DNA from: an uncultured Alphaproteobacteria bacterium
GTDB taxonomy: Bacteria > Pseudomonadota > Alphaproteobacteria > Rs-D84
Reading direction: 5' to 3'
DNA length: 64,000 nt
Assembly (NCBI GenBank): GCA_944389385.1
Contig: CALXMC010000004.1
Span: 77,014 to 141,013 of the forward strand
A program made the translations under genes and the position numbers. Position 1 is the first letter of the stretch, and every line of letters starts with the position of its first letter. Below the pieces are notes generated by a model that ran no database searches, was not told the origin of the DNA, and saw only the letters and a program-made list of their open reading frames with translations. This document shows, in pieces, positions 19,307 to 28,588 of this stretch.

Positions 19307-20077
19307 ATGAATAAAATTATTCAGGAATTTATAAATAACTCTCATTCAGAAGATGTTCTGCAAGAACTTTACGGAATTTCTTCAAAAGAACACTTTGATT
19401 GTGTGTTTGTTGCACCTTCATGGCCAATAGCAAAAATTTTCGGTACAGGACAAGATAATATTTCTGAATTATATCAAGACAGATTCTCAAAATCTTTTAA
19501 AATAAAAAATGGTTCAAAAACATATTTGTATATTCAATTACAAGTTGGGGCCCCAAATATAGCCGACTTCTGTTTGTCTTGTTATCGTTTAAATTGTGAT
19601 AAGTACGTCTTTATAGGTTCAGCTGGTTCGTTGGTCCCAGAAATAAACATAGGGGATATCGTGATTCCAGAAACAGCAATATCAGGTACTGGTGCAACAC
19701 TATATTTACACGAACAATTAGATAAAGAAAACCTGTTTGAAAAAACACATTCTTCGCCAGAATTGAATACGGTTCTAAGAAATATATGTAATGATTTAGA
19801 ATTGACTGTAAAACAGGCCGTTCCTATTTCAGTAGACAGTATATTTTGTGAATATCAACATTTAGACGAGTTCAGAAGCATGGGCGCTAGGTTGATAGAA
19901 ATGGAATGTGCAACGTTTTTCAAAGCAATCAAAATGATAGAAAAACAGGCTTCTGCAATATTATTGGTGTCTGATAATTCTGCATCTGGACAACATTTGG
20001 TTGGTCAATCACAAGAATTGCGCACGAAATATCACTCAGTCAGATCGCAACTGCAGAATATTTTATTAAATATTTAG
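19307..20077 (+). CDS. nucleoside phosphorylase superfamily (PNP_UDP_1-like) protein
   Basis: YVFIGSAGSLVPEINIGDIVIPETAISGTG and ARLIEMECATFF...ILLVSDN match the phosphorylase family-1 core (GsaGsl...D.v....., vEME.a). Confidence 0.55.
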   Translation: MNKIIQEFINNSHSEDVLQELYGISSKEHFDCVFVAPSWPIAKIFGTGQDNISELYQDRFSKSFKIKNGSKTYLYIQLQVGAPNIADFCLSCYRLNCDKYVFIGSAGSLVPEINIGDIVIPETAISGTGATLYLHEQLDKENLFEKTHSSPELNTVLRNICNDLELTVKQAVPISVDSIFCEYQHLDEFRSMGARLIEMECATFFKAIKMIEKQASAILLVSDNSASGQHLVGQSQELRTKYHSVRSQLQNILLNI

Positions 20078-20286
20078 TTGCTTTTGTTTTTATAGATAGC
20101 GGCCAGTTGAGTAATTTTACGGTGCAGACGGCCTAATAATATTTTGTCTCGACAGGGCAGGTAACCACCATTACGGCGCCTAATACGATGCTCCATTTTG
20201 TTCAAAATGCGACAAGAACAATAATAAAGCATACTGCAGGTGGAAACGTTATTTGGTTTGATATCTTCGCAAGATTTATACTTCAT
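20074..20286 (-). CDS. small basic Cys-rich hypothetical protein
   Basis: RBS aaggatg precedes ATG 20286, and promoter copy C lies upstream. 70 aa, no family recognised. Confidence 0.3.
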   Translation of the reverse strand: MKYKSCEDIKPNNVSTCSMLYYCSCRILNKMEHRIRRRNGGYLPCRDKILLGRLHRKITQLAAIYKNKSN

Positions 20287-20312
20287 GCGACATCCTTTTA
20301 ATCAGTTGCCGC

Positions 20313-20341
20313 ATTTACGCTTACCTTTCTCTGAAAGCCAA
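20313..20341 (-). promoter_or_regulatory. paralogous promoter copy C
   Basis: Reverse strand reads TTGGCTttcagagaaaggtaagcGTAAAT, which aligns with copies A and B. Confidence 0.4.
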
Positions 20342-20348
20342 ATTTTTT

Positions 20349-20366
20349 ACAATATTTTAATATTGT
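20349..20366. promoter_or_regulatory. 18-bp perfect palindrome in divergent control region upstream of the R-M operon
   Basis: acaatatt-tt-aatattgt lies between leftward promoter C and the predicted rightward R-M promoter. Confidence 0.35.
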
Positions 20367-20379
20367 GTCTATATACCCT

Positions 20380-20408
20380 TTGACAACGGTGGCTTGATGT
20401 ATTATATT
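20380..20408 (+). promoter_or_regulatory. predicted sigma70-type promoter of type I R-M operon
   Basis: TTGACA, 17 nt, TATATT. The predicted TSS falls at about the ATG at 20415. Confidence 0.4.
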
Positions 20409-20978
20409 GTTGGCATGAAAATAAAAAAATTGAAAGATTTTGCTGATATAAAAACAGGTTTCACATTTCGTGATTCTGTGGAATTACATCCTGAATTGTC
20501 GGGTTTGGCGGTAATTCAAGTGCGAAATGTTGTCAATAATGATTTTAAGGATTTGGTTTATACGGACAAGACAGATTTTAAGTCAAATAACATTTTGACA
20601 AAGGGTGATGTTTTGGTGACGTCGCGTGGGCAAGTAAGGGCGGCTGTTTATAATGAACGCACCAAGGCGGTTGCTAGTAATTTGTTGTTTATAGTGCGAC
20701 CGAATACTGAGTTTGTATTGCCGGAATATGTTTCGTTGCTGATAAATTCTGATTTGGTTCAGAAGAAACTAAAAAGGTTGCAAGACTATAGTACGATGGC
20801 GGCGTTGTCTATAAAAGCGTTGGGCGAGTTAGAAATTCCTGTGCTTACAAAAGAAAAGCAAAAAGAATTGGTGCTTTTTGCAGGTTTGGCAACGAAGCAA
20901 GAAAAGATTTTCAGTGAATTGGCTGAATTAAATAAAAAACTAATGAACGGAGTTATAAAAGGGACACTAAATGGCTAA
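20394..20978 (+). CDS. hsdS: type I restriction-modification specificity subunit, half-size (single TRD + conserved helix)
   Basis: KLKDFADIKTGFTF...one target-recognition domain...LEIPVLTKEKQKELV...coiled C-terminus. The start is uncertain (TTG 20394, ATG 20397 or ATG 20415). The stop overlaps the hsdM start. Confidence 0.65.
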   Translation: MMYYIVGMKIKKLKDFADIKTGFTFRDSVELHPELSGLAVIQVRNVVNNDFKDLVYTDKTDFKSNNILTKGDVLVTSRGQVRAAVYNERTKAVASNLLFIVRPNTEFVLPEYVSLLINSDLVQKKLKRLQDYSTMAALSIKALGELEIPVLTKEKQKELVLFAGLATKQEKIFSELAELNKKLMNGVIKGTLNG

Positions 20979-22476
20979 GGTTACACAAGAAGAATTGAAT
21001 AAAAAATTATGGGGTGCGGCAGATTCTGCACGAGGTGTTGTTGATGCGGGTGTTTTTAAAGATTACGTATTAGCGTTACTTTTCTATAAGTATATGAGTG
21101 ATATGCACAAAGCAGAGCGTGAAAAGCTGAAGGATAAGTATGGCGAAAATGAAGAACGTATAAAAATGCGATTGCAAAATGCCCGCTTTGTTATGCCTGA
21201 CGGTGCCAGTTTTTATGACGTAATTGCACAGAAAAATGCTGATAATATCGGAGAAATTTTGAACAAAGCCTTGCGTTCAATAGAAGATGCGAATGAAGAA
21301 AAGTTGAAAGGTATTTTTACAATAGATTTCAATTCGCAATCTGTATTGGGGGCAACTGATCAGCGCAATAAAATGATACGTGATTTATTGGATGATTTCA
21401 AAGATATAGATTTGGCTGAAGCGGACGATGACATCTTGGGAAACGCTTATATGTTTATGATAGAACGCTTTGGCAGTGAGGCGGGTAAAAAGGCTGGTGA
21501 ATTTTTTTCACCGCGCGTTTTGTGTGAGTTGGTGGCAAAAATCGCATCGCCAAAGGTGGGTGACAGAATTTGTGACCCAGCTTGCGGATCTGGGAGCTTG
21601 CTGTTACTAGCGGGCGAAGAAATTGAAAAACAAGGGTCTAAGAACTATGCCTTATATGGTCAAGAAAAAACGGGCAGTACGTATAATTTGGCACGTATGA
21701 ACATGTTTTTGCATGGCAAGGATTCAGCCAGAATAGAATGGGGCGATACGTTAAATAATCCGTTATTGCTTGAAGATGACAGATTAATGACTTTTGATAT
21801 TGTTGTTGCAAATCCTCCGTTTTCATTAGATAAATGGGGCGATAAGTCATTGGAAAACGATAAATATAACCGCTTTTGGCGGGGAATGCCACCGGCAAGC
21901 AAGGGAGATTATGCCTTTATATCGCACATGATTGAAACGGCCAAAGCAAAAGAAGGTCGGGTTGTCGTAATTGTGCCGCATGGTGTTCTTTTCCGTGGTT
22001 CCAGCGAGGGAAAAATTCGTGAAGCACTTATTAAAGAAAATATTTTGGATGCTGTAATTGGATTGCCGGCGGGATTATTCCAAACAACAGGAATACCTGT
22101 CGCAATATTGGTGTTTGACCGCAGTCGTGAACCAGGTGGCACCAATGAAAACAGAAAAGATGTTTTATTCATTGATGCCAGTCGTGAGTTTGTATCGGGT
22201 AAGAACCAAAACACACTTTCGTCCGAACATATATCTAAGATAGTGGAAACGTATAAGAAGCGTTCAGAAATAGAAAAATATTCGCATCTGGCAACATTTA
22301 ATGAAATCAAAGAAAATGATTTTAATCTGAATATTCCGCGTTATGTAGATACATTTGAAGAAGAACCGGAAATAGATATTGCAGCAACGCAAAAGCGCAT
22401 ATCAGAACTAGAACAAGAACTGGCAAAAACACAGGCCCAGATGCAAGAATACTTAAAAGAATTAGGGTTAAAGTAA
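20971..22476 (+). CDS. hsdM: type I R-M N6-adenine DNA methyltransferase subunit M
   Basis: HsdM N-terminal domain (LWGAADSARG...), motif I DPACGSGS and motif IV VANPPFS. Confidence 0.92.
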   Translation: MAKVTQEELNKKLWGAADSARGVVDAGVFKDYVLALLFYKYMSDMHKAEREKLKDKYGENEERIKMRLQNARFVMPDGASFYDVIAQKNADNIGEILNKALRSIEDANEEKLKGIFTIDFNSQSVLGATDQRNKMIRDLLDDFKDIDLAEADDDILGNAYMFMIERFGSEAGKKAGEFFSPRVLCELVAKIASPKVGDRICDPACGSGSLLLLAGEEIEKQGSKNYALYGQEKTGSTYNLARMNMFLHGKDSARIEWGDTLNNPLLLEDDRLMTFDIVVANPPFSLDKWGDKSLENDKYNRFWRGMPPASKGDYAFISHMIETAKAKEGRVVVIVPHGVLFRGSSEGKIREALIKENILDAVIGLPAGLFQTTGIPVAILVFDRSREPGGTNENRKDVLFIDASREFVSGKNQNTLSSEHISKIVETYKKRSEIEKYSHLATFNEIKENDFNLNIPRYVDTFEEEPEIDIAATQKRISELEQELAKTQAQMQEYLKELGLK

Positions 22477-22487
22477 AAGGTGATAAT

Positions 22488-23072
22488 ATGGCAGATTTTT
22501 ATAATGGTAACTGGTTGAATACAGTAAATATCGGATCTAAAAAATTTAGATGTTGGAATTGCGGAAATTTAGTTGCAAGTCAACATGGATATAGGACAAG
22601 TGCATATATGAGTCATATTTATCTTTGTCCGCATTGCAATGCTCCGTATATTGAAGACGAAGGACAACGTAAGTATCCATGTGCTCTGCCTGGAAGACCA
22701 ATAGATAAATTGCCAGACGAAGTGCAAAAGGTATATGAAGAAGCACGGAATTGTATCGCAGCAGGCGCATATACAGCTGCAGTAATGATTTTACGTAAAA
22801 TTTTAATGAATTTATCTGTGGAAGAAGGCGCAGAAGAAGGGGAGACTTTTGCATATTATGTCGACTACCTATGTGACAACGGTTTTGTGCACAGACGTCA
22901 ACGTGAACAAGCGAAAAAGATCCGACGGCTTGGTAATGACGCAAATCACAAAATAGAATCAAGAACAAAAGAAGATGCAATAGAATTGCTAAATTTGGTT
23001 CAGTTGATTTTAATAAATAATTATGAACAAGCTGATGAAGCAACAAACCAAGAACCAGAAGTAGTAGTATAA
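22488..23072 (+). CDS. zinc-ribbon + DUF4145 domain protein embedded in R-M operon
   Basis: CWNCGN...CPHCN zinc-ribbon. A DUF4145-like helical part (AAVMILRKILMNL...KIRRLGNDANH) follows. Confidence 0.55.
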   Translation: MADFYNGNWLNTVNIGSKKFRCWNCGNLVASQHGYRTSAYMSHIYLCPHCNAPYIEDEGQRKYPCALPGRPIDKLPDEVQKVYEEARNCIAAGAYTAAVMILRKILMNLSVEEGAEEGETFAYYVDYLCDNGFVHRRQREQAKKIRRLGNDANHKIESRTKEDAIELLNLVQLILINNYEQADEATNQEPEVVV

Positions 23073-23089
23073 ACAAAAGGATATAAAAT

Positions 23090-23650
23090 ATGGAAATTAA
23101 ACTGGAATTATTATTATCAGGAGTAGTTGGGGCTTTACTGGTTTGGGGGCTTCAAACATTGACAGAACGGCGTCGCAGACGTTATGAACGTAGGTTGTAT
23201 ATATTTAGGACACTTTTAGCAAATTCGTTTAATATCGTATCATTGGATTTCGTTTCCGCTTTTAATATGATTTTAATCGAATATGGTTCCAATACACAAG
23301 TTCGTTATTGGCATAATGAGTTTATAAATCAAGTAAATTTACCGGCCGCAAAAACAAAAGCAGAGGTGGATGCGAGAAACAAACAGTTTAATAATATTCT
23401 TGTGAAGTTGATAGAAGAACTGGCAAAATCCATCCATATAAAGATAGAACAATTGGATATTTCTAACAAGATTTACTGGCCAAAAGGCTTTAATGAAGTT
23501 GCGGAGAAACAAAGAAAATTAACGGACCTATTAATTACCAATCAGGGGACTTTGGGAAAGTTGCTGACCGCTGATGGTGATAAAAAACTAATTTTTGAAG
23601 TAAAAAGTAATACAAAAAAACAAAAGCAGGTTAAAAATGCCAACAGATAG
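23090..23650 (+). CDS. hypothetical protein with N-terminal TM helix, embedded in R-M operon
   Basis: LLLSGVVGALLVWGL TM helix followed by RRRRR. The stop overlaps the hsdS start by 14 nt. Confidence 0.4.
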   Translation: MEIKLELLLSGVVGALLVWGLQTLTERRRRRYERRLYIFRTLLANSFNIVSLDFVSAFNMILIEYGSNTQVRYWHNEFINQVNLPAAKTKAEVDARNKQFNNILVKLIEELAKSIHIKIEQLDISNKIYWPKGFNEVAEKQRKLTDLLITNQGTLGKLLTADGDKKLIFEVKSNTKKQKQVKNANR

Positions 23651-24809
23651 TGCACCAAAAGGCTGGAAAATACAAAAACTTGATGATATTTTTACATTGT
23701 CGGCGGGTGGAGATGTTAATAAATCCTTGTTCTCAGAAAGTCAAGATCTTATACATAGGTATCCAATTTTTGCAAATGCGTTAACCAATAAAGGACTTTA
23801 TGGCTATAGTTCTGATTATAAGGTAGAGCAAGAATCGATAACTATCACAGGACGCGGTGATATAGGCAAAGTGTTTTATCGTACGGGGAAATATACACCA
23901 ATAGTACGTTTGGTAGTAGGAATTCCAAAGGATAATATTTCAGCAAAGTATATGTCTTATGCGTGTTCAAGAATAAGATTTTTTAATGAAACAACTGGGG
24001 TGCCACAATTAACAGTTCCTCAAGTGGCTTCTTATAAAGTTTTAACTCCGCCGTTGGAAGAACAGGAAAAAATAGCACAGATTTTGGCGACCTGGGATTC
24101 TGCAATAGAACAACTGACAGATTTAATCGCAGAAAAACAACACCAGAAAAAAGCCCTTATGCAAAGATTGTTGACAGGAAAGCAACGCTTGCCAGGATTT
24201 AACAAACCTTGGGAAAAACGGCTGCTTAATGAGTTGTTCAAAATTTATAAAGGTAGAGATTTGTCAAAAAATCTTGTTTCAATAAGCGGAAAGCATCAAT
24301 GTATTTTGTACGGTGAAATTTATACAAAATATTCAGAAGTTATCAGGGAAGTGGTTAGCAAAACAGATGCTAATCTTGGTGTTCCGTCTATTAGTGGTGA
24401 TATATTAGTGCCCGCATCAACAACCACGCAAGGAATAGATTTGGCGAAGGCTTCTGTTGTTTTGGAAGATAATGTTTTGTTGGGGGGTGATATAAATATA
24501 TTGCGTAAAAAAAATGAACTGTCTTCAGAATTTTTTGCCTATGCGTTAACAAATGTTTATAATTTCAATATTGCGAAATTGACCCAAGGAATAACAATCG
24601 TACATTTATATCCAGAACATTTAAAAGGGCTTGTTTTGTATGTTCCAGAACTATCAGAACAAAAAGCCATTGCAGATGTCTTAATGGCGGCGGATGCAGA
24701 AATTGATTTGTTGCAACAGCAATTGCAAGCAATTGCCGAACAAAAACAAGGCTTAATGCAACAATTGTTAACTGGAAAAATTAGGGTAAAAGAGGATTGC
24801 AATGTCTGA
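23637..24809 (+). CDS. hsdS: type I R-M specificity subunit S (two TRDs)
   Basis: Two TRDs are separated by the conserved helices PPLEEQEKIAQILATWD...KKALMQRLLTGK and LSEQKAIADVL...KQGLMQQLLTGKIRV. Confidence 0.88.
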   Translation: MPTDSAPKGWKIQKLDDIFTLSAGGDVNKSLFSESQDLIHRYPIFANALTNKGLYGYSSDYKVEQESITITGRGDIGKVFYRTGKYTPIVRLVVGIPKDNISAKYMSYACSRIRFFNETTGVPQLTVPQVASYKVLTPPLEEQEKIAQILATWDSAIEQLTDLIAEKQHQKKALMQRLLTGKQRLPGFNKPWEKRLLNELFKIYKGRDLSKNLVSISGKHQCILYGEIYTKYSEVIREVVSKTDANLGVPSISGDILVPASTTTQGIDLAKASVVLEDNVLLGGDINILRKKNELSSEFFAYALTNVYNFNIAKLTQGITIVHLYPEHLKGLVLYVPELSEQKAIADVLMAADAEIDLLQQQLQAIAEQKQGLMQQLLTGKIRVKEDCNV

Positions 24810-25419
24810 AATATTTAACTCTTTTAAAACCATAAAACAGGTGCTAGAAAAAAATAGCAAAAACATTACTAAAAAAAATACTGCATTAAAAATGTTATAT
24901 GATGGCTTTGTTGAACATTTTCTTGCGTATATAGATGCTTATCAGATATTGTTTGAGAACAATAATTTTTATGTTTGCAAGAATATTGATCGGGGATTGT
25001 TGGATTTGTATATAAAGGCTAGGTCTTTATTAATTGCCGATAATCCAGAGAATTTAGCTAAAGATATAATTGATGAAAAGAAAATAAAAAGATCATATTT
25101 TTCAGATATATATGAAAACAATAAGGGATATATAACGGACACAGAGTTGTGTGTAATCTTTGACAGAATAGATAATAATTATTCCATTAATCAATGTCCT
25201 GATGCAGTGAAAAATAGAAAAATAGGATGGTGGGAAAAGAGGTACGTAGAAGACAGTAGATATGTACATCCTAGGTTACCATGTATATGGTCTTATACGA
25301 GGGACAAAGAGAACGATTGGCGAGTGCTTATAGAAGAAGATGCTAACTCTTTTGTTAGGTTAGCAAGTTCAGTTCTCTATGTGATAACAGAAATTTTAAT
25401 ATTAGTAAATAAACAATAG
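24802..25419 (+). CDS. hypothetical protein embedded between hsdS and hsdR
   Basis: 205-aa ORF whose start overlaps the hsdS stop by 8 nt. No family recognised. Confidence 0.4.
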   Translation: MSEIFNSFKTIKQVLEKNSKNITKKNTALKMLYDGFVEHFLAYIDAYQILFENNNFYVCKNIDRGLLDLYIKARSLLIADNPENLAKDIIDEKKIKRSYFSDIYENNKGYITDTELCVIFDRIDNNYSINQCPDAVKNRKIGWWEKRYVEDSRYVHPRLPCIWSYTRDKENDWRVLIEEDANSFVRLASSVLYVITEILILVNKQ

Positions 25420-25429
25420 GTGATATAAG

Positions 25430-28400
25430 ATGGCGCAAGTTGTTGATAATCAATACCAGTTACCAGATTTTGATGAAGTTGCCAGTTCGCAAATTCCTGC
25501 GATTATGCAATTGATTAATATGGGGTATAATTATATCAGTCGAAAAGATATTGATACACACCGTGAATCGCATGGACAGTATATTTTGCGTGATATTGCA
25601 TTTCAGGCTTTGCGTAACATAAACGGAGCCGATATTTCAGATGGCAGCATAAAAGAAGCAATTACAGATTTAGAAAAAATAAAAATGGATGATGGAGTTA
25701 TTGCTGCTTCGCAATCTGTGTTTTCTAATTTGTTATCTGGTGTTGCGGTTTCTGAATTCATAGATGGTAAAAAAGAATCCCCACAACTTCGTTTTATAGA
25801 TTGGCAAAACCCATCAAATAATCAGTACCATGTTGTGCCTGAATTTGAAATATCCGAAGAACAAAATAGACGTCCTGATATTGTTTTGTTTGTTAATGGT
25901 ATTCCATTTGCTGTCATAGAAAATAAAAAGGCATCAGTTCCAGTGGAAGAAGCTGTAAAGCAAATGATACGTAATCAGCAAGGCAACCAAACGCCAAAGT
26001 TCTTTTTGTTTCCTCAGATTTTAGTTGCAACAAATGTAAACGACTTAAAATATGGTACTATGCTAACACCGGCTGAGTTTTATTCAATATGGAAGGAAAA
26101 AGATGCTGGGGAAGATTATGATCAAGCGGTATTGGAAAGTGTTAATACCAAGATATCAGATGATAAGTTGGCACAAATAGGTATTGATTTAAATCGCCCA
26201 CACTATGTTCAGCCAGAAAAAGAGCAGGCGACAAATCAGGACAAAGGTATTTACAGTTTATTGCGTCCTGAACGCTTATTAGATTTGGTCAGAAATTTTG
26301 CTTTGTATGACAATGGAATAAAAAAATTGCCCAGATATCAACAATTTTTTGCGATTAAGAAAATATTAAACACAATTCAAATCCAAGACGCAAAAGGAAA
26401 GCGTAATGGTGGTTTGGTTTGGCATACCCAGGGTTCTGGTAAGTCTTTGACAATGGTTATGCTGGTAAAGAATTTAATTGAAACAATCCAAAATCCAAGG
26501 GTAATTGTTGTTACAGACCGTATAGATTTAGATCGGCAAATTCGTGATACTTTTAAGGCATGTAATATCAAGGCTGGTGTTCAACAGGCAACTTCTTCAA
26601 AAGATTTGATAGAAAAAATAAAGAAAAAAACGACAGATGTTATTACTACTTTGGTTCAGAAGTTTGATAATACTACGTTCAAAGACAAAGATAATAATAT
26701 ATTTATATTGATTGATGAAGCACACAGAACGCAAAGTGGTGAAGATAATGGAAATATGAATAAAATTTTACCAAATGCATGTCAAATTGCGTTTACTGGA
26801 ACCCCGTTGATGACAAAAAAACGTCGCGAAACGGAAGAAAAGTTCGGCAGATTAATAGATGCTTATACAATTTCAGAAGCCGAAGCAGACGGCGCAATAT
26901 TGCCTTTGATTTACCAAGGCAGATTTGTGTCACAAAATGTAAATCCTGTCTTGGATAAGTTTTACGACAGGGTTTCAGCAACCTTTACAGAAAAGCAAAA
27001 GAAAGATTTTGAAAAACAATGCGTTTCCCCAAAGGTTTTAGAAGAGACTTCGCAACGTATAGAAATGATAGCCGTAGATGTTCATGATCATTTTATGACA
27101 AATTTTCATGGGACAGGATTAAAAGGGCAATTAGTTGCACCTTCTAAATATGCTGCAGTATTATTTAAAAAAGCTTTGGATATGTTAGGGGGCATAAATT
27201 CTGCTGTTGTTATATCACAAACAAATGAAACGGAAAATGAAGACAAATTACCAGAACACAAAGCAATCGTTGAAAGCTTTATGGGGGAAATAAAAAGACA
27301 ATACGGATCCATAGAAAGTCACGAAAAATACGTAATAAATGACTTTAAAAAGAATCCTGATGGTGTAGAGCTGTTGATAGTGGTTGATAAATTATTAACC
27401 GGCTTTGATGCGCCTAGGGATACAGTTTTGTACTTAGCCAAGCAATTGAAAGATCATAATTTGTTACAAGCAATTGCCAGAGTAAATCGTGTCTTTGATG
27501 GAGATAAAGGCAAGCAAGTAAAAACTAATGGGTTGATAGTTGATTATTCAAAAAATGCTAAAAACCTGAAAGATGCTTTGGAGCTTTTTTCTAATTATGA
27601 TCCGAATGATGTGCGGCGGGCTTTGTTAAATACAGAAGAACAAATTGCTGTATTAGATGCTTTGTATCAAAAACTGCACTCATTTTTCTCTGACATAAAA
27701 GATGCAAAAAATACAGACGCTTATGTTCAGAAATTAAAAGATGACGAATTGCTAAGGAACGAATTTTATTCGACTGTAAACAGTTTTATAAGAACACTTT
27801 CAACATGCTATTCGTTGTATGACTTTTATGAAAAAATAGATGAAGAGCACTTAAATAGATATAGGCAAGATTTAAAGCGTTTTGTAGAAATTAAGAAGAC
27901 GACTCAGCTGGTGTGCGGTGATAAAGTGGATTTCTCAAAATATAAAGACCAATTGCACAAACTTTTAGATAAGTATGTTACAGCAGAAGACGTAGAGGTT
28001 TTGTCAAAAGAAATAAATCTTAGTGATGTTCGTGAGTTTAATGAATATATATATAATGAAAAAAATGGTTTGTCTGACAAATCCAAGGCTGCTGCAATTG
28101 CTGCACAAACCAGCAAGGTTATTCAGGAAAGATATAAACAAGACGAAGTCTTTTATAAAAAGTTTTCTGATAGAATAAACGCCTTGTTGGAAGAACTGAA
28201 AAAGGCAAAAGCAGAAGATATTGCAAGTTTATTTACACAAATCAAAGATGTGCAATCACAGGTTGAAAACTATGAAGATTCAGATATTCCAGAAAATATA
28301 AAAACTCAAAAAGTTATGCATCCTTTTTATAGAGGCATAAAATCTGATCTAAATAATCCAGATGTAGATATGGAAGCATTAACTTCTATTGTTGAAAGCA

Positions 28401-28588
28401 TTGTCAAAATAATACGTGGAAACAAAATAGTAGATTTTGAATATAACATAGTTGTCAGAAGGAATGTTCTGATAGAAATAGAAGACTTTTTGTTAGATGA
28501 TACGGATTTAAATATATCCCCAAGTTTAGCAGAACAAATTGCGTTAAATGCTTGGAAAATAGCAGTAGAAAATAAAGACTCTCTATGA
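25430..28588 (+). CDS. hsdR: type I restriction endonuclease subunit R
   Basis: N-terminal PD-(D/E)xK region (RPDIVLFVNGIPFAVIENKK), SF2 helicase motifs HTQGSGKSLTMV and LIDEAHRTQSG, and a long C-terminal domain. Confidence 0.92.
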   Translation: MAQVVDNQYQLPDFDEVASSQIPAIMQLINMGYNYISRKDIDTHRESHGQYILRDIAFQALRNINGADISDGSIKEAITDLEKIKMDDGVIAASQSVFSNLLSGVAVSEFIDGKKESPQLRFIDWQNPSNNQYHVVPEFEISEEQNRRPDIVLFVNGIPFAVIENKKASVPVEEAVKQMIRNQQGNQTPKFFLFPQILVATNVNDLKYGTMLTPAEFYSIWKEKDAGEDYDQAVLESVNTKISDDKLAQIGIDLNRPHYVQPEKEQATNQDKGIYSLLRPERLLDLVRNFALYDNGIKKLPRYQQFFAIKKILNTIQIQDAKGKRNGGLVWHTQGSGKSLTMVMLVKNLIETIQNPRVIVVTDRIDLDRQIRDTFKACNIKAGVQQATSSKDLIEKIKKKTTDVITTLVQKFDNTTFKDKDNNIFILIDEAHRTQSGEDNGNMNKILPNACQIAFTGTPLMTKKRRETEEKFGRLIDAYTISEAEADGAILPLIYQGRFVSQNVNPVLDKFYDRVSATFTEKQKKDFEKQCVSPKVLEETSQRIEMIAVDVHDHFMTNFHGTGLKGQLVAPSKYAAVLFKKALDMLGGINSAVVISQTNETENEDKLPEHKAIVESFMGEIKRQYGSIESHEKYVINDFKKNPDGVELLIVVDKLLTGFDAPRDTVLYLAKQLKDHNLLQAIARVNRVFDGDKGKQVKTNGLIVDYSKNAKNLKDALELFSNYDPNDVRRALLNTEEQIAVLDALYQKLHSFFSDIKDAKNTDAYVQKLKDDELLRNEFYSTVNSFIRTLSTCYSLYDFYEKIDEEHLNRYRQDLKRFVEIKKTTQLVCGDKVDFSKYKDQLHKLLDKYVTAEDVEVLSKEINLSDVREFNEYIYNEKNGLSDKSKAAAIAAQTSKVIQERYKQDEVFYKKFSDRINALLEELKKAKAEDIASLFTQIKDVQSQVENYEDSDIPENIKTQKVMHPFYRGIKSDLNNPDVDMEALTSIVESIVKIIRGNKIVDFEYNIVVRRNVLIEIEDFLLDDTDLNISPSLAEQIALNAWKIAVENKDSL

